This document shows positions 38,430 through 52,400 of a stretch of DNA of 64,000 nt, in pieces. Numbering within the stretch: the first letter of the stretch is position 1; every line of letters starts with the position of its first letter. The notes beneath the pieces were generated by a model. The model saw nothing but the letters and a program-made list of their open reading frames with translations. It ran no database searches and was not told the origin of the DNA. The stretch comes from Balanoglossus misakiensis (lineage: Eukaryota > Animalia > Hemichordata), in the NCBI GenBank assembly GCA_040954595.2, contig CM082598.2, positions 1,674,001 through 1,738,000 of the forward strand, given 5' to 3'. The position numbers and the translations under genes are program-made.

Positions 38430-38521
38430 TAGCTCTGGACTTGTACGCTGTTTGGGTCTACGCTGCTCTCTGTGGGGACGGAGAGCAGCGTAGACCTAAA
38501 CAGCGGATAAGTCCAGAGCTA
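38430..38521. mobile_element. Hairpin MITE, copy 2, with 9-bp TSD ATATGCGAC
   Basis: TAGCTC...GAGCTA flanked by ATATGCGAC at 38421-38429 and 38522-38530. Confidence 0.92.
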
Positions 38522-38727
38522 ATATGCGACGAGAGACATCATTTCATTTCTGATTAAACATCTTATTCTTAAGTCATTTGAGAGTAGTTTTCCGGATAAA
38601 ACAAGATCCACTTCAAATCACTGTGATGTTTCGCGTGATAAACAAAATGCTGTTGTGGAAAAAGCTAGTCCTGGAAAAAAGAGGCGTTCGCAATTTGTAA
38701 GGAACATACCATTGTTTGGATACGTTT

Positions 38728-38802
38728 TAGCTCTGGACTTATGCGCTGTTTGGGTCTACGTGAGAGCAGCGTAGACCCAAACAGCGCATAAGTCCAGAGC
38801 TA
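38728..38802. mobile_element. Hairpin MITE, copy 3, with 9-bp TSD GATACGTTT
   Basis: TAGCTC...GAGCTA flanked by GATACGTTT at 38719-38727 and 38803-38811. Confidence 0.92.
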
Positions 38803-40447
38803 GATACGTTTAACCATGCTCAGCAAACTTTAAATAATATTGCAGATTTTTTTTTTCGGAAGATGACTTTTCAAAACTCAAAAATATAGACAGAAAAACT
38901 TACAAACGGATGATTATGTATGGTATTGACAATAATGTCAACCCACAGTTATTTATGATCGCCAGAAACAGAAACGGAGCCCCAATAATGTAGGAGCGAG
39001 TCAAAAACTGTTTCTGAACTCCTCGGGAGTAGACATTGGCTTGCAAATAATCAGGTTGTAAAGAAAGTACTGCCCAGTCAGTATGCTGCCAGACTCGTGT
39101 TCTTTTCTTTGCTTACAAAAAGTTTGTAGACGTTCCTCTAAGACTTCAAAATTGTTGTATTGATTACAATGTTTGGGTTTTTGATTTCTTCAAGTTTCTC
39201 GGTCGTATATTCACCCTGCAATGTAATCCGAGACTTTGTTTCTGCTTCAACTACAATGTTGCAAATTCTGTTACATGCCCCGTTGATAAAAATCTCAGTC
39301 GATTTTCGTTGCTATGGTTTCAGGGCGTGTCCATACCTAAGCAAGTCATAGTGGACAGCGCCCTCATGCGGTAAAAACAGTTTCTGTGCGAACTGGCGCA
39401 GGCTTTCAATTAGCATACATTATGCAGATCATATCAGTATCTGATCTCTGAATGGTCAATCTCTCCAGGCAAAATTTGTTTATCAATAGATGCACAAAAT
39501 GGCGAATAATGTCTAAAGTTAAACCTGAATTGGTGGTTGCATTCAGCACAATTTTCATGTCCACGTTTGCTCTGACTTTCCCAGTAAAAACTCTATCTTA
39601 CCTTCCCATTCTACACACTTGAAATGAAAACAATAGGCCACAACCTTAGAACTTAATTTTACGAGGAAAATACAAGAATATTTTATTGGATTTCCGGATC
39701 TAGATATGTACATTCACTAACCAATCACAAAAAAACTTTAATGCAAAGACTTGTATGAAATCAGCTGACTTTTTCAATCATTTTGTAACCACACCCCTAC
39801 TAAGACATACTGATTGTCCTGTGATGGTCGCGGCAATGTAAAACCTAAACAAAAATGGACATTGTGTTTGGGGGGGGGGGGAGGGGGAGAGGCCACCATC
39901 TGTAATCTGTGCGCCCCTATTTCTAAACTGTCGAATTTAACTTTTCTGTAATGGAACATTTTTCTTCCTAAATGTTCCCATTCTTTCAACTTCCCTAAAC
40001 CATGATACACAGTGAAAATTCTGCCTTGCCAATCCAACTTTCTGATGTCATGTGACAGAAAACCACACTTCTATTTTGGTCTGATTGCAAAGGTACATGA
40101 AAATGATATTACTCCGCTAAGCTAAGCTGTCTCTAATGCGTGTGCGGGTTCTTGAAACTGTGAAACAAAATTTGTTCAGTTTACACGTGATATAAATACA
40201 GGTACATGTCATCCTGTTTGTTAAGATGAATTATATAGAGCCAAAATGACAAACCAGCTTGTAAAATATGATCCTGGAAACTATTTCATAATGAACTAAT
40301 GATCGATGATAGGATTAACATAGCTACTATTGTACTTAAAGTCAATAATTTTCCTTTATTGTATCGTTTCAATATCACGTGGCAAGATTTCTTGTCGCGG
40401 AGACGCGGGAACCATTATGCAAATGTCATCTGAATGTCATGTCGGCA

Positions 40448-43400
40448 CTATAGAGTGTTTGTTCGTTCCCTGAATCCAAAGTTTTTAAGAGTTTGCTTAA
40501 TCTGGAGTCTGGAGACGAGTCTTTTCACTTTCATTCTCCTGGCCACCTTCATCCATTCTTTGCAAATCCACTGCATTGCCTCGCTGATCCCCTTGTAGCC
40601 CTCACCGGCAGACACTTCAAAGTACTGAAAGTTCATCCTGTTGGCTGCTAGGCAACCCTCTGCGTACGTCACTTCCCGGAAGTGACTCAAATCGCACTTG
40701 TTGGCAAGTAGGATACAAGGGGTTCTGTCGAAGTCTCTCGTGTTCGTCATTTCCTTTCTAAGCTTTTGAACAAATTCAAAGCTTCGTCTGTCGGTAACAG
40801 AGTATGTAAATATCATTGCGTCTGCCCATTTGATCTGGTCTTCTCGGCCAGAATTCCCACACTCCTGAAAAACAAAGTGAAACACAATGAAACATGTATT
40901 TATCTGAGCGAAAAGTGTTAGAGTGACGTTTCATTGTAGCATCAAAACACAAAACTGATCGATTAGGCGAGGGATGGCCACTTGATATCAGCTGCAGCTC
41001 CGTTCCTAGAGACCAGAGATGCATTTACGTCACACCCTGTCTTGTTGTCATGCGCAGAACTGGCGCAAAATGATATTCATCTTCAGTTGTCGACCTCTGA
41101 CCCGACAAAACCCTACTCAATCATTTGAAACAATAAGGACGTTACAGATGCAGGGTCATTTAATAGTCCCTCGAATGAAATTCAGAGTCACTTTCGCTGC
41201 AGAGACACACAGACTCTTCTCAGACACCTGGGGCAATGATCTTTATGATTTTTTGAGCGACTGAACTGGTACTTACAAAGTCTCCAGCTGTGTCAAGCAG
41301 ATGAATATTAATCGAATGGTCATCTATCTTCACCGCCTGTGTATACACTGATTCTGTAAATAGGAATATATATCTACATGTTAGGCAGGTGTACTTACAC
41401 AGGTAGTCACTTTGATCGATGAAAAATACAGAATTTCATGTCTGGCTGAGGTGGTTCTGACCAAAATTCGAGGTTCTTACGTTTTACAGCCTACAAACTC
41501 AAGGTTCTGGCTTACAAAGTTGTAGTTTTAGTCGATGCGATGATAATTTCTCATTATTAATAACCAATTATCGTAATTTTCCTCTCAGATATCATCAAGC
41601 TTCTTAATTAAATACGCTGTGTCCTACATGTACATGATCTTGCAGTATTGCTCAAAACAACAGTCCAGTCAGCTGCAAAATCTATCACCGCATTCGCGCC
41701 AATCAAAATGACCACCCAATCAATATAAGTGTACATGTGTGTTTGAGTACCTCATCGGAAAGTGTGTTTACGTGTTCCCTGTCTCGGGAGGTCGCGACCG
41801 GTCACGGTTAATGCCATCCCTCTTCGAAATACACACCAGGATTTCAAAATGGTGTCATGACAGCCCAGCTATAGGCAACTATCAGGCTTGAAAATGTTAC
41901 GGCCTTGGCCATACATCATCACTATTTCCCTTTGGATCTGCCGGGTCAATTACTGAGAAATTATCACAGCGAGTTCGTCACTACTCGGCGGAAAGATGAA
42001 CACTTATATCCACATTAATTTGATTATTGTGGCTGCCTGATAAAGGCTTTACGGTCATTAAATCCACAACTTTATGACTTTAATTTATGGAGCCATTTGG
42101 GACAGATTTTTACAGGCCGCGCATCATCGCCTATCTGCCGTGTGCGTTAATTGGTGTGGGGTGCAGATGAGATGAAAGATTGTGTAATAAAAATTCTAAG
42201 GTAGATATTTACGGTGGGTTAGCTTATCGTCTGCTAGAGTCAGTGATTCTGTGTCGGTAGGGTGTATTAAAATGTTTTACGGTGCAATTTATTGTTCCGT
42301 GTAAGGGTCTCTAAGGTGACATTTCACGCAATACAGGGTGACCTCGATCAAGGAATACACCGAACAGTTGTAAACAAGACTACCAAACGACACTGAAAAA
42401 TGTGTCGAAAAATAACCTATGGTAATATCATCCAAGCTTTCTAATACACTCTACCTGATGAATGTGATTTTACGCGCCCGAAACAACTACTTTTTTGGCC
42501 GATGCATTTTTGCACTGATGCGCAACATATCCAGAATCATTTGAAAGGTTTGGAGGACTATTATTTTTTTCTGAAAATCTTTCCCCAAAGCGCTGTGTAC
42601 CACCTTAATCACGAGAGTGCACTGAAACGACTGCACTATAACTGGAGAGTGTACACTTACTTGGGAAATCCAGGTCAAGGGGTTTTAGAAAAACAGACTG
42701 ATTGAGCGTGAGTGAAACATTCAATTAGTGAAGATAAATTGCATTAGTCCTGTATAGCTGAACGGACCACCAAGTGTTCTGTACACACACTACTATCTAA
42801 AACCAGACATGTATTTTTAACGATCCCTTTACAGGGGAAATAATTTCACAGTACGCCCTGTCCCCATTAGACCGTTCCTGTTTTAAGATCCTCATTACAT
42901 ATGGGAATAAATGTCGTAAACTAACCCTTGAGGTTTTACGACAACATTGGCAGGCTGCAAAATGGCGTGATAGCGTGAGGAAGGACGGCGACACTTTGCA
43001 GCAAAGTTCACGCTGAACTGTCTTCGATGAGGTTACTTTTGGTCATAAAGTAGTTGAACGAGAAAAATAAAGGTTTGAGTGGCTTCTATGTGGTTCATAG
43101 ACACTGAGTATTTTGTCTTTGAACATTCAGTGAGACGATTTTGGTGAATTTTGTCGATAGATGAGTTGCAAACTTTCGCTAAGAGTCCCTGATGTAATTT
43201 GTTTCTCAACGTTGGAGTCCGACGATTACGCGAAGTTTGCCGAGAGCCCGAGTGATGTTGACAAGATGGCCGTGGCTATGGGATGTTGATTTGATGAGTC
43301 GTTGCGTGGAATTACGTGCCATTTCACAGACTTTCTTGTGTTCGTTGGTGGTGGTTTTTGCGGCGACGAGGGTGGTTTTGGTTTGGTGGTGGTTTTTACG

Positions 43401-46400
43401 CACGAAGTTACGCACATGCACATAAAACAATCGACGGCCTGTAAATTTGTTAAAATGATGTAAAAGTACAGCAATTGCAGGCTGTTCTTAGCGGAGACGA
43501 AGTCTAGATATAAGAGCGGTATTCCCGTCCATTATGTCATAATTGAATCTGCCTTAAGTATCTTCTCTGATCTTCAGGACAAACTAAAACAAAGTCACCT
43601 TGGAAACGTAAATTGTTTAATTGAATAAATTAAGGCCTGACGAGTGCCTCGACGTAAAAGACACTAATTTGGCGGAAATACGCCCAGCAAATCTGAAATC
43701 TGACGCAGCAACCATTTTGAAACCTTAATGGGGAATAAAAGACACGAAGTCTTGGTTGCCTTGGTAACCAGCATGGTAATTGAGTAGCAGTCTTGCGTAA
43801 GGAGCCATAATTGAAAATGTCCATTTATGGTTTGGCAACGTTGCGTGGAGTCAGGCTGTACTAATACATAAGGTTTCATAAGAAGCCCATTTGACACAGT
43901 TCACAGCTGACTCTTCTTCAAGCACATCGCGCATTTCCACACCGAAAAACAGTCCCCATCATCATGGTAGTTCTGTCGCATCACGTGACTTACCTAACGT
44001 CGGGTCGTAGTCGCCTATGAACCTCTTCGTCAAGTAGCGGACAACGATCGCTGCGAAGAGAAGAGAAGAGATAAACATCACAAAAAAGGGAATGTACTAA
44101 GCATCTTCATCAACTTACCATCTTCTGTACACTCACAGTATACAAACACTACTCACCTCTGCCCATCAGGGATTATCTCTTAAATCTATATTTAGCCGAC
44201 TTAAAACCGACATCACGTCTTGAGTCGACTTAAAACCAACATCACGTCCCGATTTACGCAGACCGTACAGGATTATAGCCGGCACTTATTTACCGTTAGT
44301 TGTTCGATAAGAAGATCGCATCGAAATCGCCTTGTTCAAAGTACGACACAATTGGAAAGTTAACTCGAGACCCACATGAACTAGAGATTATAAACCGCCC
44401 TTAGGTTATACGCGCTCTGTGTAATTAAAGGTCTGCCAGCTGTAAGTGCTATGGTTTCAGGACCCTTGCTAAGCCAGTGCATTTTATTCGTCTGGCTTCA
44501 ACACATCCCAAATGACCCAGTATTAGACACTTGTAGGCCTTACACGAGCATGCGAAATAGTTGTTGGACAGAAGTGTATATGTGTAGACTATAAGTATTG
44601 ATGCATAACAGTTAATGTATTCGAGTGATCATGCACACATACCGTACATACATACTAGTACCTACATACGTACGTATAGACAGACAGACATGGGTAATGG
44701 CAACCTAGACTAACAACAATGTGAGCACATCTAACGCCAACGCAGGCCAGTAAAAGGTGTCATGCTCTCTGACAACAAGCAGATGGTATCACGATATGAT
44801 GGATGCTCAAAATTCCACTTTCAGATGAAGTCACTTAATGCTATACGTAAAACGTACCTCGTGGTGTTCAATTCTGACTGAATAGATGGGTGTGTTTAAA
44901 CACAAGTCACGAGTTTATCTTAAGGGATATTGATGCAAATTGCACGATCCATTTATCAACACTGAAGTTTTATGACAGTTGAGCTGTTATGTACTTTGGG
45001 TTCACAAGTCTGCGCAAAAGTTCATATAAATTAAAGCAGGGCAGACTTTCTCACTCATAAATATTTGCAAGGAAAATTAATCAAGTGTCTGGTTCGCTTT
45101 CCGAAGTTTGAAACTTTATTTCCGCTTTGAAAATGAATATTCTCTGGTATCAATCAGGCTACATTTGTCCTCAAGTTCGATAAACCGTTTATTAAGTTGA
45201 ACATAATTTATTGAAATTGGCAGTCATTGTATTTGAAATGTTATCTTTTATGAATTTGGACCAAATGTTGTTCCGATCCTCACATCAGCATAGTGCCCAA
45301 AGTATTTCTTTCACTATTCGTAAAAGAGATCCAACATCTGTGAGTTTACTTTTCTGACAAATCCCTGGTGGTGTTCTTATATTATTTCTGCTTGAATAGC
45401 CACGGCATCTCTTGGGTTCCGTGTGTTATTCAGGATACAACCATTTTTCTTGAGATGCAGCGCAAACAATGTGCCCCAGTGTGATGACGCGATGATTAGT
45501 TTACATGGTGGGACACAAAAGTGAAACGTGCTTCTTCGACTAAACGCTGACACGCAATATAAAATGTTTTCAGTTATTATGTGCAGGGGTAGGCTGGGGA
45601 AAATTAAGGACAGTCCGTCATGTTGCGACTTTCTCCCCCAACTTCTCTTTATAAATATGATTCTCCCGGCCCACCTCACTTATTTCTCACCCCCTCATAA
45701 CAACTGAAAGCTTATCTGTAGTTGTCAGTAGTGTATAAAATGACCCACCACCCTCATTCCTCCGCCCCCTCAGAATAACTGAATGCTCCCCAAGTGAGAT
45801 CCTTTCTGAACAACACATTGAAATGCGATTTCTGTACGCATCTTTTGCGTCGAATTTGTAAACACTGATGGCGGTGTCAGGTTTGACGCACTTTAGCAGC
45901 TAATATTTCACGTTGTTAACAGCCTTGAGTACCGACGCACAGCGCGTGTATGAGACGTAATGAATCGTTGTTACCGTGGGCAATCAACCAATTTGGGTTA
46001 TCACCATGGAAAAGCCTGAATGATATAAAACATGGCGGTTTAGTATTCGACTGATACTCGCGAGGAACTGCCATCTCCTGATATCCTGCAATTACAGGGA
46101 ATTAATTTGGCGCGGGTGTCAGATAGTCGATACGATAATTGAGTGCGTGGACGTTTATCAGCGTCTATCAAACGCATCTCGTGTTTCGTTGACGACGTCG
46201 TTACCTGTTGAGTTGATTCTATTGCCTTGACTGCTGTCCACGTGGGGTTTGACATCTCGCTTTGATTATAGCTCTGGGCCCTTCCATGTCGCAGCTTGGC
46301 ATGAGCTAAATGCTATAAATATCTAACTGAAGTTGAAAAGTACGGTTGACAAGGACACAGGGGTCAGCTTGAACAGGGACTAATTACATCACCAGACCCC

Positions 46401-49400
46401 TTCGGCTCGACAAATAAACTTGAACTAACTTGGGTGATGATCACTGCATCTGTGTCCCCAATAAACTTCTATCAACTATAGTTGGATGACCAGCACTGGT
46501 TGTATGGAGAATTTTACAGCGCACTCTTTTCATTTTCCTCCCGAGAAAACCATTTCAATTCATTCTAAGAAATCACTTTAAGTTCGACTCTTGGTTCATG
46601 AGCTACGGCACATGCTATCTGCACACATCTGTAAAGTCTATTGGCACATTTTCTCACTGACGTTTTATTGCCGCCCCGGGGGCACAAACTCTTTGAATCG
46701 GACATGAAATCACAGAACTAAAGGGCGAAGCTGTGGTCTGTGTACAGTGGGGGTGTTGGTGGGAGATTTCTTCAGAGCAAATTGCTGTTGTTTGCATACA
46801 AGTTCCTTTCATGGTTCAGTATTGACCGTGAGAAAGGAGTTCCTTGACAGTATATGAGTTCCGTGCTGTCCCTAGAGCATTGTGGGAATGATCTTGTTCA
46901 ATGAAAAGGTCTGTACAACAACAAAAACTGACCACCGGGCAATTGTAGGTATTTATCATCGTTTGTTTTCTCAATTCTATTGAGAATAACCCGGTTAGCA
47001 AGTCCCAAATGTGACGCATCACGTCATATCAGTCCGGTTTTCACAAACAGACTCCGCACATCACACTTTGATATAATAGAGAACTGACTATTCCAAAGGA
47101 CTGTTATTTTTCTGAAAATCCATCCCCGAGGTGCTTTCTACCTTTAATAGAACTTCCCCGCTTCACTACGCACATTCCCTTACTGAATTTTACATGGGGT
47201 CATAACACGCAAACCTCCAGATGATAAAACAGGCTATGTTACAACGATGTAAATGGATATATTTCCGATGTGCAAAATGCCACGGGGGACTATATTTTGC
47301 ACGGGTCCGAGCTATCTAGCCATATACATTGACAAGCTGAAAACATTTCAGTTATTTGTTATAAAAGAAAATAAAGAGTAAAAACAAGATTTAATTTGCT
47401 AGATATCAAGCTGAATATATTGCTGAGGAAGAGAAATTTGTGAAGGCACGCGTGCTCAAGATATATATTTCATTTAATAGAGCACAAAATAGTCCTGATC
47501 ACTGAAGCAAACCGTCATGAATATAATTCCAATCCTGTCGGTTTCAAATAGACACCCAAGATATTTTATGACGTCGGTAATCATAAATTTTTCTATGTGT
47601 CTGACACAGCTACTCGTTCACTTAATTTCTTACACCAGACATCTTTCGTTGCAATGTCTCGTTGATGGATTAATTCACTCGTTTATGGAACGCTAAAAGT
47701 TTCCTGGGCATAACATGTTAGACTATTCTCTCTTCAAAAAATCCGAGAATTAGGCCAGATGATATTTAATATGTCTTCAAACCCCTGAACACTTTTGCAC
47801 AATTCACGGGCTAGAACAAGAAACTGTGGTCGATAAATAAAATATTGATCAAAGTGTCGAAACGTGCAGCTAGCTATCGGCCCCTTGATATCTGTGCATG
47901 GAACGTACAATCACCGCCCTGCTTTCAGTACGTGCCAAAGTGAACGAGAAATCACAATGATATTCAGAAAATTGACGCCGCGAGTCAATCCAGCTGAGCA
48001 AAGACCCTGGAAAGCATAAATTCATATTGATTATATAAGCGTATGATTTGAAACCCTAGACTGTTGTCACTTCGCCAGAGAGAGATTTCGATTGGCCTGT
48101 CCTACTTCTTGAGATTTCCCATGAGCCACTGGTGTTTTGCACTGAGATACAATTTCTAGTTGTCCATAAAGGCTTCACTACTCACAGCTACATGTATTAC
48201 ATAATGCGGTTAATAACTACACACGATTTTTCCAATTTAAGCACGTATGTGCGTACGAGCCTGGGAAGGCAGACACATCATTTCTATTTTTATACGACAC
48301 TATTAACACCAAAAGACAATTATATGAGAAAACGCGAAAACACATTAGCTGTAAATTTAGCACCAACACAAGGTCAGCGATTGTGGCTTTCGGCGAATTT
48401 TTATTTTGAAAGTACATCACGTTTCTTCCCACTGTAATGTCAAAAAGCCAAAACGTGAAAATGAATTGTGTTTTGGCTCTTGCATTTACTTCATCTGAAT
48501 ATCCGTGTTTGAAAAGACTGACACAAAACAATATAATAAGAATAATTTATTGAATAATTAATTGCCAATTTGCAAATGTCACTTTTAAATATGCTGCTTT
48601 TAATGAGACATTAGCTGTAACTTTTGCTGCATTTGCAGTATATGCAATTTCTTGTTCTACTCCTAACAGCATTCTTTGATTAGGTGTGGGCGTGACAGTT
48701 TAACATTCAGAAATCGATTTCAGAGGTCTGTGTTACATGCATGTTGAAAAAATGGTTTATGTCAAAAGGTTCTGTATTGAAAGAAATAAGCAGGTGGTAC
48801 CAGTTTTTTGTGGAGCATAATTTCCTATCGATTTAAAATTTCTGAATTATTGATCTCCTTTGTCGTTTTAACCATGTACACGATAGAATGACTTCATTTA
48901 TCGTTTACAAATTCATATCAGTGTCGCCGGTGTCCATTTATGTCTGGTATTTGATCAGACGGAAACTGAAATTCGGTCATTGATCTCGAGGTATATACAC
49001 CGAGAGTTTTCAGTGCGCAAAATAACTTCACGCCAGAAACAACAAAAATTATCAAAGGATGGCGACTTTATGCCTTCAGGACAATCGGGTAATATAGTAC
49101 GTGTTGTAATTTGGCAGACTATCCGCTATGGCTGTTGAAAGCTTACCGCTCGCAATAGAACGGAGTATGACGTTCCCTTTCCTTTTGATAAACCCCGTCG
49201 TCTCTGTCTGACATGTCATTACTGGACTGTCGTATTATGAAGACTATCAATTGTATTTGTGACAATGCTCTGCAGATAGGACTGCTCTTGTTTGCTGTTC
49301 GATGAGACTGAATGTTCGTTTTTGAGTTGACGACATGGCTGTTTTTTAACGATATTCGCTGGTGCCCAACTAGTAAGGGACAGACGGGGAATCATTTGAC

Positions 49401-52400
49401 TGACTGAATGAATGGATGAATAGCGCGGTTCTTCTATCAAAGACGTGAATTTATCCATGATTTTGAAAGTAATTGGCTCAAGTTTGTCAGACACGAGTTA
49501 AAGTTGGAAGATACCTTTTCACTAAGGGAATCCTGGAGATAAGGGGTGACAACAACAGCCGCGACATGCGACAAAATATAAAGCAAAGGTTAATTACCGG
49601 AGAAATACTGCCACGGAGCGTATGTCATGAATAATGACATAATATACAAACGTCGTGTAATTTGGCGTAACAGACGATATCCTCGGGGATACAAAATCTA
49701 GATTTTTGATTTACAACAACCATTCGTCTTGTGGCTTGTTTGCCCATTCTATAATGCTACCCTCGCTGTGCCGGTAATTACAGAACAGGGCGCCTGCATA
49801 TTACAATAACTCATCTCCCTCAGAAGTGGTTAAAAACATGCACTGAATTAGAACATCCAAATTATACGCGATTACTTGCTTGAAGCTCCTGGATACTGAC
49901 ATTGTTTGCTCGGGAAATTGCGGAACAGGGGGCATGAACTGGAATCAGGAATGGAGTCAAAGCAGGATGATTTCGGGGCAACGGCAGTCTAATTGCCAGC
50001 GGCGGGAACTAAATTAAGCAATACCAAGTCAGGAGCGTCAGTCTCGCTGTACTTTCGTGTATTCACGAGTAGGCACACTAGATATCGGCTGCCGACTAGA
50101 CTCTTTGAATGCCACATTTTCTCGGTCAAAAAGTGATGCAATATTTTAATATTTTCATCCATTTTTCTCTGTTTTACATTAATTTTAGACCAAGTGGATA
50201 TAATAGTCCGCTATCTTAAGGTCTTCATCAAAATTAGAGAAAAAATGTTGAAAAAGTTATAAAAGTTAATTTTCTTAAAAATGACGACAAGTTGACAAAA
50301 CGCGTTTTGGCGTGAAAGCCCGCAAAATCTGCGACGCGACGTTATATACAGCACGTGTACAATATCAGTGATTATAAAACTTCCCACGTAAGGTGGATCC
50401 ATTTACGCCATGTTTACAAGATTTATCCTTCCAGGGTTCCCTCTATTATCGGAGTGACTATTTACATAAATGGTTAATCGCTAGCAACAATCCAGCTCTT
50501 CAGCTCAGAAATCAAACTGTCATACAATATTTACAACCAAAACGTTGAATATTTCATACAACAAATAGTCGGCTCTCATTTGGTAGTTCAACAGTTGTTG
50601 ACAGTGATCTTATTGACGTCACTGATCTCGCTCACGGTAATTTGTTGTGGCCATCCCTTGTAACCACTTACGTCTCTAGATTTTATTGTGGATGCCAGCT
50701 TGGCAAGTGTGAAGAAAATTTATGATAGTGGATTTTATTGTTTGTCCTTGTGTTCTCGTTATCCGAATTTCTGCTTCCTTGCTTTAATTTTATTCAGACT
50801 TTTCAGTTAACTAGAATGATTTTCAGATATTTTCCCTCGAATTATTGAAGCTACAGGAAACAGACACACCAGCGTTGACACAGTGATCTTTGGGGATCAT
50901 GTTGTTTGTTTCCACATCATTTGCCAGCAATGAGATTTCCGTTCCGCTGAAGGCCCAATAAATTTAATGTCATCTAGCGAAGATGTTTTCCGAACTCGAG
51001 CTTCTCTTTTCTTGGAATGGTTCTCTAACTTGAAGGATTACCCAGGGGTCTGTTGGATGACAGGCAAAGCCAAGTGCGTCATGGGATGCGTTCATATGTC
51101 CAAAGAGATCATCTTAACCAGATCGCAGTTAACCTAATCAGCTGATTTTAAAAGTATAACCCAGTGGGATCCTGTGACCAGAATTTGATTACCAGTGTCC
51201 GATATTTACGGTGTAAAAGCCCCGCTGATTTCCCTACATACAAAAAAGAACATTTACACATTTCTTCCCGCAAGCTACAGCTTTGATGTCACTGCGGCGA
51301 TCGAACTTGTACCTCGACATATACGACCGTCCTATAGCATCAGGTTAATTGGGTCCATCTTGGAATATCGTAACGGGATTGAATTTGTATCAATTCTAAT
51401 TATATGACGTCATTGGTCTTGTTACGGACATTCCCTCGAGTGAGAGATGGAACGTCCGCTTGGGGTTTCAATTCAATCCCCACTTGGGGACGACGTGCGC
51501 ACATTTGAACGGCGAACAACCAAACCGAAGGGGTCAAACGTCTTTATGAACTACTAAATTTAAAATATGGCACACACTCAACCAAGGCAGTTACGTATAA
51601 TTCTTAAGGTTGTGTTTGCTAGGCGATTCATTATGTGGGCTCCCAGAGAGCCTTTACCTGATAATGTTGTAACAAGGGAGTCTAGTGTTACAAATCATGT
51701 CTTACGAGTCCAAACAAACACACCCAATGCGTCATCAAGGAGTTTTTACCCAGGCGGTCTAGACACAAGGAGTTGCTGCCACAACTGATCGGATTTGTGC
51801 CAGTGTGAACACAGATTCTTGGTATACGGTGCGCAAACACAACGTGATCGCCCCACTCAGGAAGTTGTTCACACACAAATTTAATCTTTCTAGTTTGGCT
51901 AAAAGGTACCGTAGACTTTCGCGGTTCATTTCTAACAAACTGTAAACTCGCAGGAAATTCGATGCTTATACAAACCAGCCATGTGATATACACAACAGCA
52001 CGTGTACAAATCCCCAACGATGAGAAATCGTGACAGAGGACCCCCTATTAAACAATCAAATGTGGGCTGTGACATACTATATGTAGATATTACGAACAGA
52101 CAAAATATGAGAACCGTAAAGATCGCTAATTCAGTATTTATGTCTTGTCGTCTGTTGACAGGTTTACTGAAGTCCCATGAGTCTTGTTACCGCGAGTATT
52201 ACCGAAGTAAATCGACTCGTATTACCGAGGTAATACTAGTAGCGTTTGCGCGCACCTAATAGTAGAAATGACTTCTTAATCTTAGGTAAGATACTGTGAT
52301 ACAAGTAGCTCAGACATTTGTCTTTCTTGTTTTACAGATTAGCCAAGCCTGGCACTGACCGCTTTACCCCGATGTATTCATACACAATATGGGTTCCAGC

